Shown one piece after another: positions 45,157 to 59,847 of a stretch of DNA of 64,000 bases; the stretch's first letter is position 1; each line of letters starts with the position of its first letter. Origin of the DNA: Syncephalis fuscata S228. Lineage: Eukaryota > Fungi > Zoopagomycota. The stretch is from assembly GCA_025786725.1 (NCBI GenBank), contig JAHLTZ010000001.1, forward strand, positions 62,001 through 126,000, given 5' to 3'. The notes beneath the pieces were generated by a model. The model had not been told where the DNA came from, searched no databases, and was given only the letters and a program-made list of their open reading frames with translations. Both the position numbers and the translations under genes were made by a program.

Positions 45157-46546
45157 ATGTTATAGACCATATTTCTAAAGAAAAGTAGTCATTTTTATTT
45201 AACTAATACAGTAATAAATTGTGTGGATCGACTGATTTAATTGTGTGCGAATGGCAAGAATATTGGGGGAAAGCAAAATACCTGCTAGACCCTGACAATA
45301 TTGATAGCATCGGAAAGAGCCGCTATTATAGTGGTACAACTGATTAAGAATGGTTGCATTTGGCTATGTTTCAGTTGATTGGCCAATTGATTCAACTAGC
45401 CAGTTAGATATGCTGATTATGCGCGGAAATGACCGGCAAATGGAAGGCAAAAAGTGATCGAATATGGAAATAAGGAAGGATTATAATCCAATTACTAATA
45501 AGATGGTATCTGCATTAGGTTTCAGTCGTTGCAATACACCAATGAACATCCACATACTATTTACCAATATTGTCTATTCTAATTGGTAAATATGTTTTGA
45601 AGTTTATAAGGTTGTGTTGAGTTACTTTTGCTCATTACTTCGCCTTCTCCTGTTTCTAGTTGTTAATGTGCTGTAAACCGTTTGTTAATGGTTAGCATTA
45701 AATCTAGTAGTTACATCCAGTGGTGTGGGGTCCCTTGTTGGTTGATCACGATATACTGTGTTCTTGCTTTTGAGCTGTGTTGAATGTGCAATACAGTATT
45801 TGCAGACTGCTGTATTATACTGGCTCAACAATTATATGGCTGCCCGTAATAGGCGGCTGTATACTAGTGTAGTGCGGAGATATGTGGGATGCTGGAGCGT
45901 GCAGTGATAGGACATAAGTCGGTATTGCTGCACGCTCTCTCATGGGGGACGCTAGGGCGCACAGTATTAGCTTAATACTGCTCTATGCTCCCTCCTGTAA
46001 AGGCTAGAGCGCGCAGTAACAGTATTTAGCAAGTCAGTTATTGCTGTGTGTTTCCCTCATATGGATGCGGCGACCTGTGATAGGTGGCCATATGTTAGTG
46101 CTCACTTGTTTGCAACGCGCGCTGGAGGTGTGTTGGTAGTGTTCAACTTGCTGAACACTGCCATCACACACTAGACTAGGTGTGATATGTGAGCATCTAT
46201 AATAGATGAGCATGTATCATACTGTTTACTTGTGGGCATTATTAAACGACTGCAGTGTGGCACTAGTCGACATGTTGTTTAATTTTTAACTACCGTCTTG
46301 GAAAAACATTATGACGATTGCTACTGACCTGGACTAGCGACCGAAAATTAAGCAATATCTCTACGGTTGATTACATCGTAGCGTAGACTAGTTGTTATAC
46401 TGTAATCTTTTATAGTGCAGCAGTATATGGCAATATGTTGTTTAGTATAATATGATGTAGTATTATATGCGTTTGGCTTATACATCAGCTACAATTGGGT
46501 GAACCAGTAGTTTAGTGCTGCTTATAGCCACGTAACACTATGACAT
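45157..46546 (+). ncRNA. Candidate large structured non-coding RNA (identity unknown)
   Basis: No ORF of 60 aa or more, at least ten hairpins or long-range helices with G-U pairs on the + strand, and complementary ends (45157-45165 with 46538-46546). Confidence 0.55.
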
Positions 46547-47365
46547 TTATTAAGCAGCATCGCCATCTTGATGGTGGCTAGTAAAAGCTATGTGCTTCTG
46601 ACAAATGTTATTTCGATTAAGTCGTATTATTGTCGGTACTCCAGGTGGACGCATAGTTTCTGTATTAGTTACTATCTTGTTTAACAACATTTCTAGTTTA
46701 TTTGTATAACAGATAACAACAATACACAAACAACTACACTCGTGTACACTATAAACTATACGCAAGGAACAATCAACTAGATGTAGGTGCTTATTACTAC
46801 TAAACAATACTAACGCACTTTTATTATAGCTATTCGAGCATTGGTGCCGGATCAACAAGTATATCTGACTGCATCTGTTATCGGGCACAAATATTTTGCA
46901 TGCAACTTACAATACCAACTATAGAATTCGTTGGCACAAGCATCGACAACAATACTGTATACTGTCGTTGGTACTATCGTTTGGACTGGATTCTAAATGG
47001 GACATATACTTATTGTTTTATATTACCCAACACTAACTGGCATTGCTATTGCGCATCTGCTAAATGCTTTGGTTTGATTGAAGTGGTGGTAATAAAGAGG
47101 GAGGTGGTGGACATTATACATATATATATTAAATTGGAATGGTAGATTTAATAAAGGAGCGTATGAGGTGTTTGCTGAATCGACATAACACTGTGACTCC
47201 ATTACTAGTTTGTCTAATGTTGTGCTTATTATGTTTAATAAAACTATAATACTGGTACATATATTTAATTAAAGTCATTGATATTTGAATGGCTAGATTA
47301 CAAGTAGCTACATTCAATACTACATCTACGCCAACTATTTTAATAATATTTATTAACATTTAATA

Positions 47366-47475
47366 TGATTTGGTGGTCAAATGATTACATTTAATTATAT
47401 TCGCATAATTGAATTAGATATTCTTTTTATTGAGCACGGGGACAAGTGGCGAGTTTTATTAATAATCAAAATACT
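47366..47475. repeat. Dispersed repeat, copy B (copy A at 5383-5490)
   Basis: Same-orientation diverged copy of 5383-5490. Confidence 0.8.
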
Positions 47476-48100
47476 CATTATTGTATATTCATCTTACTAT
47501 ATAATTTTATATTGTATACTCACCACAAATCATTAATAAAAACGTATATACTTTAATTCATTCTATTCATTGTGCTAATCCAACCTTATATGGTGACTTT
47601 ATTATTTTTATTATGCACTTTCATTTGCCCATTAATTCCGTTCTAACTACATTGTACTATATCAGCCGTGCTTTATCAATAAAAGTATGTATTTGTAATT
47701 AACTATTCTTTTTATGTTTTGATTTAATTCAATTGAACATATATACGCATACTGTAATGTATTGCCAATACTCATTTAAATATATATATCACTATTAATG
47801 TAAAGATACATATCTAGCATAAATATAAAACAAACGAAACAGTATAGATTCAAACGTGCAGAATCCGCATTAAGCTATGCTTCCATTAATGGTCATGTTA
47901 GACTATAATAGTTTTTCTCAAAAGCTGTTGCTCTAGCATTCAATGCACTTTGTAAATAAAGCAAAAACTATTTCTTTTATCTGATACGTATTAGCAAAAG
48001 AATAATGAAGTCCTATAAAATAGCGCAGAGGGTGACGTCAGCACTTTTATTGAGCGTCTTTCTTTTTCTGAACTGTTTATTTGTTTGTGTCAAATCAACC

Positions 48101-49895
<1,795 letters not shown>

Positions 49896-50138
49896 ACTGC
49901 ATTGATTTGATTACTTTAGTTGATTATTTATCTAACTATTAACATGTTTAAATACTGGCTTATTAGTAATATATCTTATGATAATGGATTGTTTATTATT
50001 AATTCATATTTTTACTATTTTGCTGATAATATTTTGTCTCAAGGTTTATAAATTCAACATATCGATTACTTTTTACGTATAATTATTTTCGTTTATTTGT
50101 AAATGTCATTTGTATACGTGTTTATCGCAAAATATAGA

Positions 50139-53100
50139 TTAGACTTCAAACTGCAATACCTCAAGACCGTAAATACCAGCTCGTGCTGAGCGTGCCATCT
50201 TTTGCGCTTGCTTGCGGCCGTGTCGTGCTGGCTTTCTTGACTGCGCTGCAAGTTGTCCTTTGATACGGGCAGCTTCTGCACTTGTCGCCTCTTTGCCTAG
50301 ACCATGTGTCGAGAATTCCTTAGCACTGGGCATTAACGAGCGTAGCCAGTAGCCACCTAGCATACCGCGTAGTATCTCGCAGGATCGTTGCAACTCAAGT
50401 TCGGCCTTTACCAATTGCTGTAGCTCACGTAGTAGCGGTCGTGCTTCAGGCGTAAGAATAAGTCGTGCTAAATGCGCATCAAGCAATAGCGCAGCTGTAT
50501 CTATAACTAGTGTTTGCGACGGTGCCGTTCGTCCATTTAATGGTAGATACGGTGTTGGTAGAAAAGCTGCGTCAAGTCTAGGCGGTGGCAATGACGACGA
50601 TAACAATGCAGCTGTTGGCTTATCGTTGGCTACGGCCTCGGACCAGTGACGCATCCATTGAACGATGATGCCAAGAACAAGTAGCGTATGTGCCGTTGAC
50701 AATCGATGGAATGCTCGTACCAATAACGATGAATTTGTTGGTGTGGCCATAAAGGCTGCAAGTAATTCATCAACACGGATAGGCGCATTATCCGTTGAAT
50801 CATAATCCATATCGGTATTATTTGTGTTGCTTAATTGCTTGTCACATAATCGGCGTAGTACAGAAACTGCGTCAATTTCCGATAAATCACCAACATGTCG
50901 GAATGCCAATAGTACAAGATGCCATGCTTGACGATCGGCCAATCTACGTAATAATGTGCTATCACCGTGTCGATTAGATCGCACATAACCAGCCGACAAC
51001 AATCCACGTCGCATAATGTCTTCAACAACACTGACTGGCCAGAAAGATAGATCAGCGCTGCCATCGGAACATCACGGAAACAACGTGCAATAACTGTGGC
51101 CACAAACGGTTGCGATAACTTGGGTTCTTGTGGTGATTGACGCAACTAAAATAAAATAATAATATTAGTATTCACTAAGCATAATAATTACTAAATCTAA
51201 TATAGCTACCTTATTCTTTAAACGATCCAATTTTGCATAGATTTTCTTAATTTTTTTCGCTAAATCAGTCAATTCATCTTCAACAATGAGACTGGCCTTT
51301 ACTTCTTTAAGACCATCAAGTTCTTGCTCGTAATTTGCAATTTTAGCGCGTAGTTTATTAGCATCTTCATCTTTTTCAAAATAAGCTGTATAAATTTGTG
51401 AAAATTGATCTGCGCTAATATTGGACTCTAATAGCTTGGCTAATAATTCATGCTCGGTAGCCTGGGTCTTTGTTTGTAGACTTGTCCATTTATCCAATAC
51501 AATAGGATCCTATAATTGTTATGTATGTGCATATTGATTAGCATGATTATATTCTATTGTCGTTTATGTTTATTATTTACCTTGGGTACGCCTGTAATTG
51601 CAGCCATTTGATTATATGGTAGAACTGCATCGTTTGATACAGTACTAGTCGCAATATGAGTGCTACTAATGGATAATCGGCCAATAGCACCAAGTAAAGA
51701 AATGGATCGACAACTAATCTTTAGTCCAAATAATGACGTCTTCTCAGCCGACAGATTTTTTGATGACACAGCAACCGATACTAAAAGCTGCGACCATGGT
51801 GTCATACAAGCCTGATATAATTTAGCTATTAATGATAATTATACTAATCAATTAATCAGTATAAATACCTTATAAAGACACTGATCATCTGTTGATGCTT
51901 CAACAGGCAGTGCTTGTTCTGCTTGTTTGGTACCAAATCTCGTATCCCATACGGTCAATGAATGTTCTAGCTTATCTATTCAATTAATGAAAAAATATAA
52001 TGTTAGTTTCAATATTATAAAATTTATGTATCTCTCCTACCTTTAGAAACTTGATGACGATAAATACAGGCAATGTAATCCTGTCTAACATATGCCACAG
52101 CAATAGGACGTGTCGTAAATGTTAATGGCTTTGTCTCTGAGGTCAGCCCAACTATTTGATCCAATTGAGCCGAAGAAAGTGATTTGGCATGAAATCCGGC
52201 CGTGTCAAAGACACATGTATAGGCGGTCCATTTACCAGATATATCTTTAATTCATAGGTTATCTATATATCTACATACGGCATTATATATTGTATAATTA
52301 GCTTACCAGCAACAGTTAGACCGCCATGTTTAAGATCCAAAGCACAATTAACAAGTGGGTGGTCCATCTAGAAATAATATATATATATTAATCCCAATGT
52401 TATTACTGTTATATTCTATAATAATTAATGTGAATTATAACCTACTTTAATTGGTGTACTACCAATATCCTTTACTTCTTCGGTTTGAGTATCGACTGTT
52501 ATCCAGTGAATTAAACATGAAGTGTCATTAGGTGTTGCAGTAATTATTGAAATCAATAGAGTTTGTGCAGCATTCATTTCGCTCAAAACGCTGACGGGTA
52601 GAAAAGTATCGGCAATTGGAGTAACTGCGTATTGAATAATAAAAGCATTGTTTTTATTTCTACATATATATAATATTAGTAATTATAATTAGACATTAAT
52701 AAACTATAGCTTACTTGAGTGGTGAATGTGTTATAACTTTCAACTCTTCATTGGTCAATAAGATAGTTCCATCCGCTTGTAGCACCACCAATCTATTGGA
52801 TGCCCATGGCACAGAGTTTAATGCAATGATAGGTTGTGGTACCTATAGAATAATAATAATGGTAATTAAGATTAATTATAGATATGTACATTGCTAATAT
52901 ACCACTTACGCTATAAGTTCGTTTAGATCTCATAGCACCTGCTTCTCCGTCGATCCAACGCCAAATAGTACGCCCCGCCTTTTCCTCTGTAATATCGGCC
53001 GCTTGTTGGACACCAATATAAACAAAGTTTACATTCTTTGCTGATTTAACATAGATGGGCGGCGTGCAGAAATGCACAGCTGGTCCTGTAGACCATGACT

Positions 53101-53489
53101 TGAGGCAGCGTTGGTGTTCATCCGCCTAATCAATTGGATTATTTAATTTGTAAAAGTAATTAAATATTAAAGTTTACCTGATAAAACTGAACACCTTCTC
53201 CTTGTATGGCAAGTGGTACAGCGCGCTCATCCAACGTATTTGTCGACGCATCAATACTGTCGTCTAGGGTGGCTACCGCTGTATCATTTGTCGTGGCCAA
53301 TGATGCCGACCAACTAGCACCAAACAAGCATGATTCCGTCACAGCTATAGGTGCTGAATCCGTAGAAGTGGCTAGCTGTTTAGTTGCCTGCTTTTTTGAT
53401 TTTTTCTTGTCAGATTTACGACCCAAGCTTGTAGGAAAAACCGAAAAGTTGGCCAAACATAATGGCTCTTCAATGGTTACAGTCGTCAT
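50139..53489 (-). CDS. NOL11: Nucleolar protein 11 / Utp8-like (t-UTP subunit), multi-exon
   Basis: N-terminal propeller-like GEGVQFYQ...CLKSWSTGPAVHFCTPPIY. C-terminal DLSEIDAV, LLLDAH..LILTPEARPLLRELQQLVKAEL and GIYGLEVLQF match the NOL11 pattern as recalled. Confidence 0.7.
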
Positions 53490-54080
53490 GATGGAACAGC
53501 AGCAGTAAACCCCTAGGCTTCTACCAAGAGATACAGCAGTACAGTATCACAGGAAAGAGTCAAACTAGCAAGTTTAAAGACCGTTATTGCCGATGAAGAA
53601 AAGTAGCTGCAAAATACTAAACTAACAAAAAAAAGCAAAAATATTTCAGATTTGGCTGAAATCACACATAAATCATTTTAGAATCAATTTTTCTTCTACA
53701 TACAGAAGATCAACTTAACTATCATCGGCAGAGCAATATCATCTCCACACTTAATATACTATTCTCTCTTTTCGTCAGTACACTCTATTTTTTAATAAAT
53801 ATCTATTTCACCCATTGGTATACCAAGTTTCAGTCGATAGACCCATTTATTTAAATAATAATAAAATTAATATAATTTAATATAAAGAAACTATTTATAC
53901 AATATATATAATTATTTTGCACCTGTTTGTTAAAAGCATTTTAAACATTTTTTGTCATATAAATTAAATCTAAGCATGCTAATACAATGACCATAAATCC
54001 AAAAAAGTACTTTAATATTATATTATTGTCATCAATAATTACATCAATATGAAATAACTTTGCCCATTTATTACCAATTT

Positions 54081-56444
54081 TTATACTTCAAGCCTGTTAC
54101 CCCGGAATGCATTGCAAAATCTACAAACTAAATCAAGACGTAGCTCAGCCAGTCCTCTTGGCATTAGCTCGGCAACTTTCATTACCCAATGAGGAGCCTC
54201 TTCAAAAAAGCGCTTTATGTTATTTTGATATCGGTTATCTTGGAAATATTGTTTGATACACGCCGCATACCATTGCCGATCTGCCTCAATTATATCATGC
54301 CATAAGGTAGTTTGGTCCAATACTTCTTTTAAAGTATTACCTACGGTGTGCCAAAATAATTGCATTTTTGTGGGTATTTGTGCCATGTCGTTTTCAAGCA
54401 CAAGTGCCATAATTAAACGGCATTGTTTGGCGTACTCTTCAAGCAGTGCATTGCATAGCTGTGCTTTCCGAATATCGTCCTCACTGGCGTTATCCATAAT
54501 TCTTCCACTATAGCCTGCTTCAAATGTTGGTGGCATCCATGGCAGCAAGTGCTGTCGCATAATGTCCAATTGCTCTTCAAGCGGCACATGTGCGATTAAT
54601 GGCAAAAGAGGAAATGGATCGGTCATCATAGCATTGGCTTTGACCAACTCATTACCACAGCCGGCTGCCGAGGCCATCAATTCTTCCAATTGATATGCAG
54701 TGGCCGTTTCCACGGTCATTCCCTCGCCCGGTGCTTTGGTAAGCATACTCGGACACACTGTAAGTCCATCAAACATGATGGGACAGTCGATCGGTGGCGG
54801 TAAAAGATTTCTATGTCCATCGTCTTCCTCATCCTCATTATCGTCGTTATCATGGATATCGCGACTTGATATCTCATCTTCATCCACGCTTCCATCGCTA
54901 CACCGGCGTCCTGCCTCTCCGCCATAATATCCTATGGTAGAGTCGCTAAAACTTGTTGGTGTTCCCATGCTACCATCAACACTCATGGTGCCATTGGACG
55001 AACTTGCTACCGCTGCGGCCATTTGCATCTGTCGCTGCTGTTGACTTCTTTGACGTGAACTATTGCAGATTTTAATCAATTAAACCGCTGCTCTATACTG
55101 ATATGTTGCACTTACTCGGAAACAAAATAATTAGGATCACAATGAATAATAAAATCTGCCTCTGCCCAAAGGGGCGAATCGCGACGTGGCATTACACCCG
55201 AATAATGATATCTGAACTTGATTAAAATATTGTCAAGTTTTGCTAAAGGCATTCTTACTTTGAGTGTCCACGCTGGCCAAGTCGGCGTGTCTGTACATTT
55301 TCAAAAACTTGATGGATAATTTTACCGAATGTCGCTTGGTTCATTGGCTCTAACGGATCACCAATTTCACGAGCATGGTTATGATACAATTCGTAAAACT
55401 TTGTGCGTAAAATTGAATATTTTGGATGACAAGGCTCAAAGTTGTCACGTAACCTATAACAATAGTATCATTGCGTTAAACTGGCGTTTTGCCTGCTAAT
55501 CTTAACCTACCACTGGTGTGTCTCTTCCAATTGCGCCTTTTTTGCAGTACGATCGGAAGCGGCTGATCCGTGGGCAGCAAGACTTGCTACAGAACGTGGA
55601 TAGCTCATAGACGACGAATTGATGGACGACACCATACTCACCCGTGTCCCTGAGTTGGATCTTAACGTTGAATTATGACTAAAGTTGGATTCAACACTAA
55701 ATCAAATGGTTATTTGTTGGCTTGTTTGTTATTTGAAATTCAGTATATTCTAACTTGCCGTGCATGTATATCATCCACTTGAGGTAGCGGATCAAATGCT
55801 GTACTATTATCCGAAAGGAATGAATTGAATTGTAAATATCCATTTTCTGCATTATTTGTCGAGGATACCGGCATCGACACTGCAGACGAAGCAACTGAAC
55901 CTTGTGAGATAGATGAGTTTGGTGTCATCCAGTCACTCTTGATCAGATTGATTGCCGTGGCCGTGGACAAATCCATGCCTACAGGCATCATTGTGTTTTG
56001 TAGTGTGCCCATCATATTGCTCATTTCATTGGGAAGATTATGATTAAAGTCTGTATGTGAACTAACATTCATCCCTAAACTATTCATGTCCATGCCTGCC
56101 ACTTCATTGGGCGAGTGCTCCATAATAGGAACTTCAGATGCAGCCATGCTAACTTCGGTTGGAGTAGGATAACGTTTAAACCACAGACCAAGCTGTGCAA
56201 ATGTACTTTCAGTCACGGGTGGCAGATTGCCTATGTCTTGTTTTGCTGGTAACGCAGTTACGGTGTTTGGTAAAGCGATTTGTTTGGTTGGTGTCTATAA
56301 AGTGTATTTAGTAAATAGTCTATTTCTATATTTAGGCATTTCAAATGGCCAACCTACAGTATCTTGGGAATTCTCTGCCCAACTGTTGCTTGTGCGCAAA
56401 GCACTGACGTTGTCCGGTGTCATGGACGCAAGCATTGTTTCCAT
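54081..56444 (-). CDS. RFX: RFX-family winged-helix transcription factor (Sak1/Crt1-like), about 6 exons
   Basis: Splicing of small exons at ~55520-55180 gives QWLRDNFE...FYELY...[36 protein letters not shown], the RFX DNA-binding signature. The last exon encodes a helical C-terminal region. Confidence 0.9.
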
Positions 56445-59400
56445 TCAAGAGAAATTTACTACGAACCAACAATATGTAATAATGCCTGCCCTTTTGCACT
56501 TGTTAAATCAAATGCAAAACGCTAGCAATATTACAGACGTTGGCGCGTACCCGTTGTTTATATCAGGCAAACTGATGATTCTAGTTCTAATAATGTCTAT
56601 TAAATATAACAAATTGAAATTTGCTGTTTAAAAAACGGCTAATAAGAATGTATTAGCATATGATTTTTGGTTGCACCGCATTGCTGCATTTTCCATATTA
56701 TATTTGCATGCACATACTTGATGATTGCAAATATATAATCAAAAGTGACTGGTGTTTAGACGTGGATTTTTTTACGTTGACGAATCACACCTTAATCAGC
56801 TAATAAATTATAAAAACACACCCACAAAGTAAATAATCGCAATTAATGTTTAGAATCAATAGCGCAAAGCATTCAATTAAATGGCCAACGCTTATTATTT
56901 CAATACTGCAAATATTTTGGTTGAAATGGTGGAATCAAAAGCAAAACTGACTGATGCCATACAATGGTTGCATCTAATAATTACAAAAAGCAGTCAAAAG
57001 CGGAGAATGTTTGTTGGTAATAAAACAAAATAGAATAACAATCCAAGGAGATAATAGGTGTAATCAATAAATTGCTAAGGTACATCTATAAATGGTACCG
57101 GTTCCTTAGACTTGGATACAAATCTGCACTCAAGCCAAAAGCAAGCAGATTACAAAAATAAAATGCAACGGAAAAACCAAAATCAACAAAAGTTCCATGG
57201 TTGATTGGATAAACCCACTACATAAACAATAATATTTGCAAGTTCACAAAAAAGGACGAATATCAAAGTAGACGAATAATTGTAATTTTAACATAAATTT
57301 CATATAGATAAATACATGCGAGGATCGAAATAATCGATTTTTTCCGCATCTAAAGGGGCTAACTGCTTCAGGGTTCGTGGATTCGGCCTTGCAATAAAAG
57401 GAGATTAGCATGAAAAATCTGTATACAAAGCCCACAATTAAACGAAAGCAAAAAAAATGCAGCTTAAAATTCGTGTTTTGCACTAAACAGTACGAAATAT
57501 CAGCTTAAACACACCGCGCTTACTTTCAAATGGCAAAATTAGAAAAGAAATATTGTGCACAATAGCGTATACACTATCTAACATAACATTGAAAATACCT
57601 ACAGTCAAGGAATGAGAATATTGCTCTACGGTTTGGCGGTTGGTGTCAATGTTATTAAGAGTACAAGGCCTGCAGACTTTGCTTGTTTCTCCAGTGCGCG
57701 CTTCGTTGCTTTTTCTAAACAAATGGGAATTAGAATGGACCCACGCCAAGTTTTTCGTCGATGAGGGGTATGCGGGGTAATCCCGGAGACGTGTGTTGGC
57801 AAGCCGACGTCGACTTTTAAACGTTACAGATAAAATAGGCAATATAAACAAACGATATGTAAATCTGTGTATATACTACAGCGATCATGGTAATTTGAGG
57901 TAGATTGCTGCACGGTTACCAACGATTCATCTATGACAAAGGATCGGCGATGTTTTTACTGCACGCCATAACAACCAACGAAGATTTGCGTGTGTATGTA
58001 CAACTAGTCACTGTGCGACTGTGCTTACTCCCAAGTTTTGTTATCGCAAGTCCCTTAACAACCATCAAATGCTTACCCACAGGTTGGATACAACTTAGCA
58101 CTTTGGACGTTTGATTTACGTCAATTGTATCGAAAAGATTGAACGAATAATAATGAATGAATGAATGAAAGGCGATGAAAAGCTACTGATATTACAATAC
58201 ACGCAGAACGAGTAAAATATGAGTGTGCAAGTGGATGTTGTTTTGTACGTTTGCAGATTTTCTTGAAACTACTATACCTAACGTAGGATTGGATTGTTCT
58301 ATACTAAATGAGCAAATAAAAACAAAATCACTTTAACCAAGTCTATTGGTTGCACGCAAATACAACACAAATACACTATTCACAACGCTAGAGCACTACT
58401 ACAATAAGAAAAGCTGGAAAATAGTACACACACACATACACCCAACAATAACAAAAGATTTTGAAATGATACAGAATGTAAAATAGACGGTATAGACGGT
58501 AAGTAGCAAGTAAAAGTATCTGCAATTTAATGCAGGGAACAGCGGAGATAAAGGGGCGCACAGTAACGCAAATGCGTTTGCAGTTACACACCTTGAAACA
58601 GTTATGTCAGCGAATAGCTGAGGAATAAAATAGCGGTGGCAAGAGTACTGGTGTCGGAGCCCGCTTTAAAAACAGCTTGCAATGCAATGCTATTGAGCAG
58701 TCGTAGAATCAATGGTCTTATGGTAATTATTAATCAAGAAAACGAACAACGCACTACGTGCAAATGAATAGAGCACAGCACGAGACAAGAAAATGACAGA
58801 AAAGCGCACGGTCCAGGCTCGGCTTATTGCTTACAAGAGATCACTCTGTTTTTGAGGTTGGTGACCATGCATCTGTGCTTATGAATGAATAACGAGTGCC
58901 GCGCCCTTCCCAAAGCTCCTTATGACATTACTCACTTGTGGATCAACACATACACAACATTTAAATAATTATTATTTTGGTTTTATTTGTGCAACCAAAT
59001 TAGCATATCAATTCATTGATGCCATTAAACCTTAATTTCATTCTAGAACTATATCTTGTCACTAATAATGATTATAATATTAAAATTACTGTACAAAATC
59101 AATAACAATAATAGTAGTAGCAGATGGGTGCACTGAAGGCTGGGCATATACAACGCAATCATAATAACATCAACAAACCAATATGGTTCCCAAGGTCTGC
59201 TCCTTTTCGGACGCGTTTTCAAATTTATAATAAACATATTTTATTATGAAAACTGCTTACATGTAGCAATCATCATTAATGTGCAATTAACCAGTTGTTT
59301 TTATTTGAACGTCACGTTTTTTGTTGATGTTACTATCAATACTATCGTCATCATTGTTATCATTACCAACGCCCCACATTCTAGTTCCTCTCCTTCTCGT

Positions 59401-59847
59401 TCCCCACCACCACCAGCAACATCCCTTTTACCATTCTCAGGCTGGCAACCAGCCAGAGATACTAGATTATTTAGCATTCCAAACTTTGTACTAAAATTGT
59501 TTTGCATAGCATTGATGAACTTTGGATAGTAACTTAATATCATTGTATTGATTACCAGCAACTTAGTCTCCGCCGCAGCCTCTGATTTGGTTACCAAGTG
59601 ACCATAGTTAATACCGGTAGATTGGTAGACATTTTAGTAAGGTAAATATTACACATTAATAATATGATTCATACTATGGATAAAAATAATTACATTAATC
59701 GTTAAGCCGCTGAAAGAATTACAATAATTGCCATTAAAAAATAAACATGTATTAGAAGTATAATTTATTCAAAGCAGGCATCTTTATGCCAATTTATTAA
59801 TATCTTAAATTAGTTGCTATTCTCGTTTCATTTCGTCTTTGTGCCAA

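Noticed and set aside
45886-46085. CRISPR-like array
   Set aside because: Eukaryotic DNA, repeats too diverged, no cas genes.
45245-46400. Group II intron (GTGCG near 45245)
   Set aside because: No recognisable domain V, no host gene and no maturase remnant.
45180-46523. RNase P/MRP (GAAAAGT at the 5' end and GCTTA at the 3' end)
   Set aside because: No room for P2/P3 before the motif and no CR-V consensus; the pairing is more simply part of a terminal arm.
46550-47359. Minus-strand ORFs of 76-112 aa
   Set aside because: No recognisable family and interrupted by stops; at most a decayed gene.
57244-59597. Short ORFs upstream of RFX
   Set aside because: No consistent splice model or motifs; probably UTR/intergenic DNA or a remnant.
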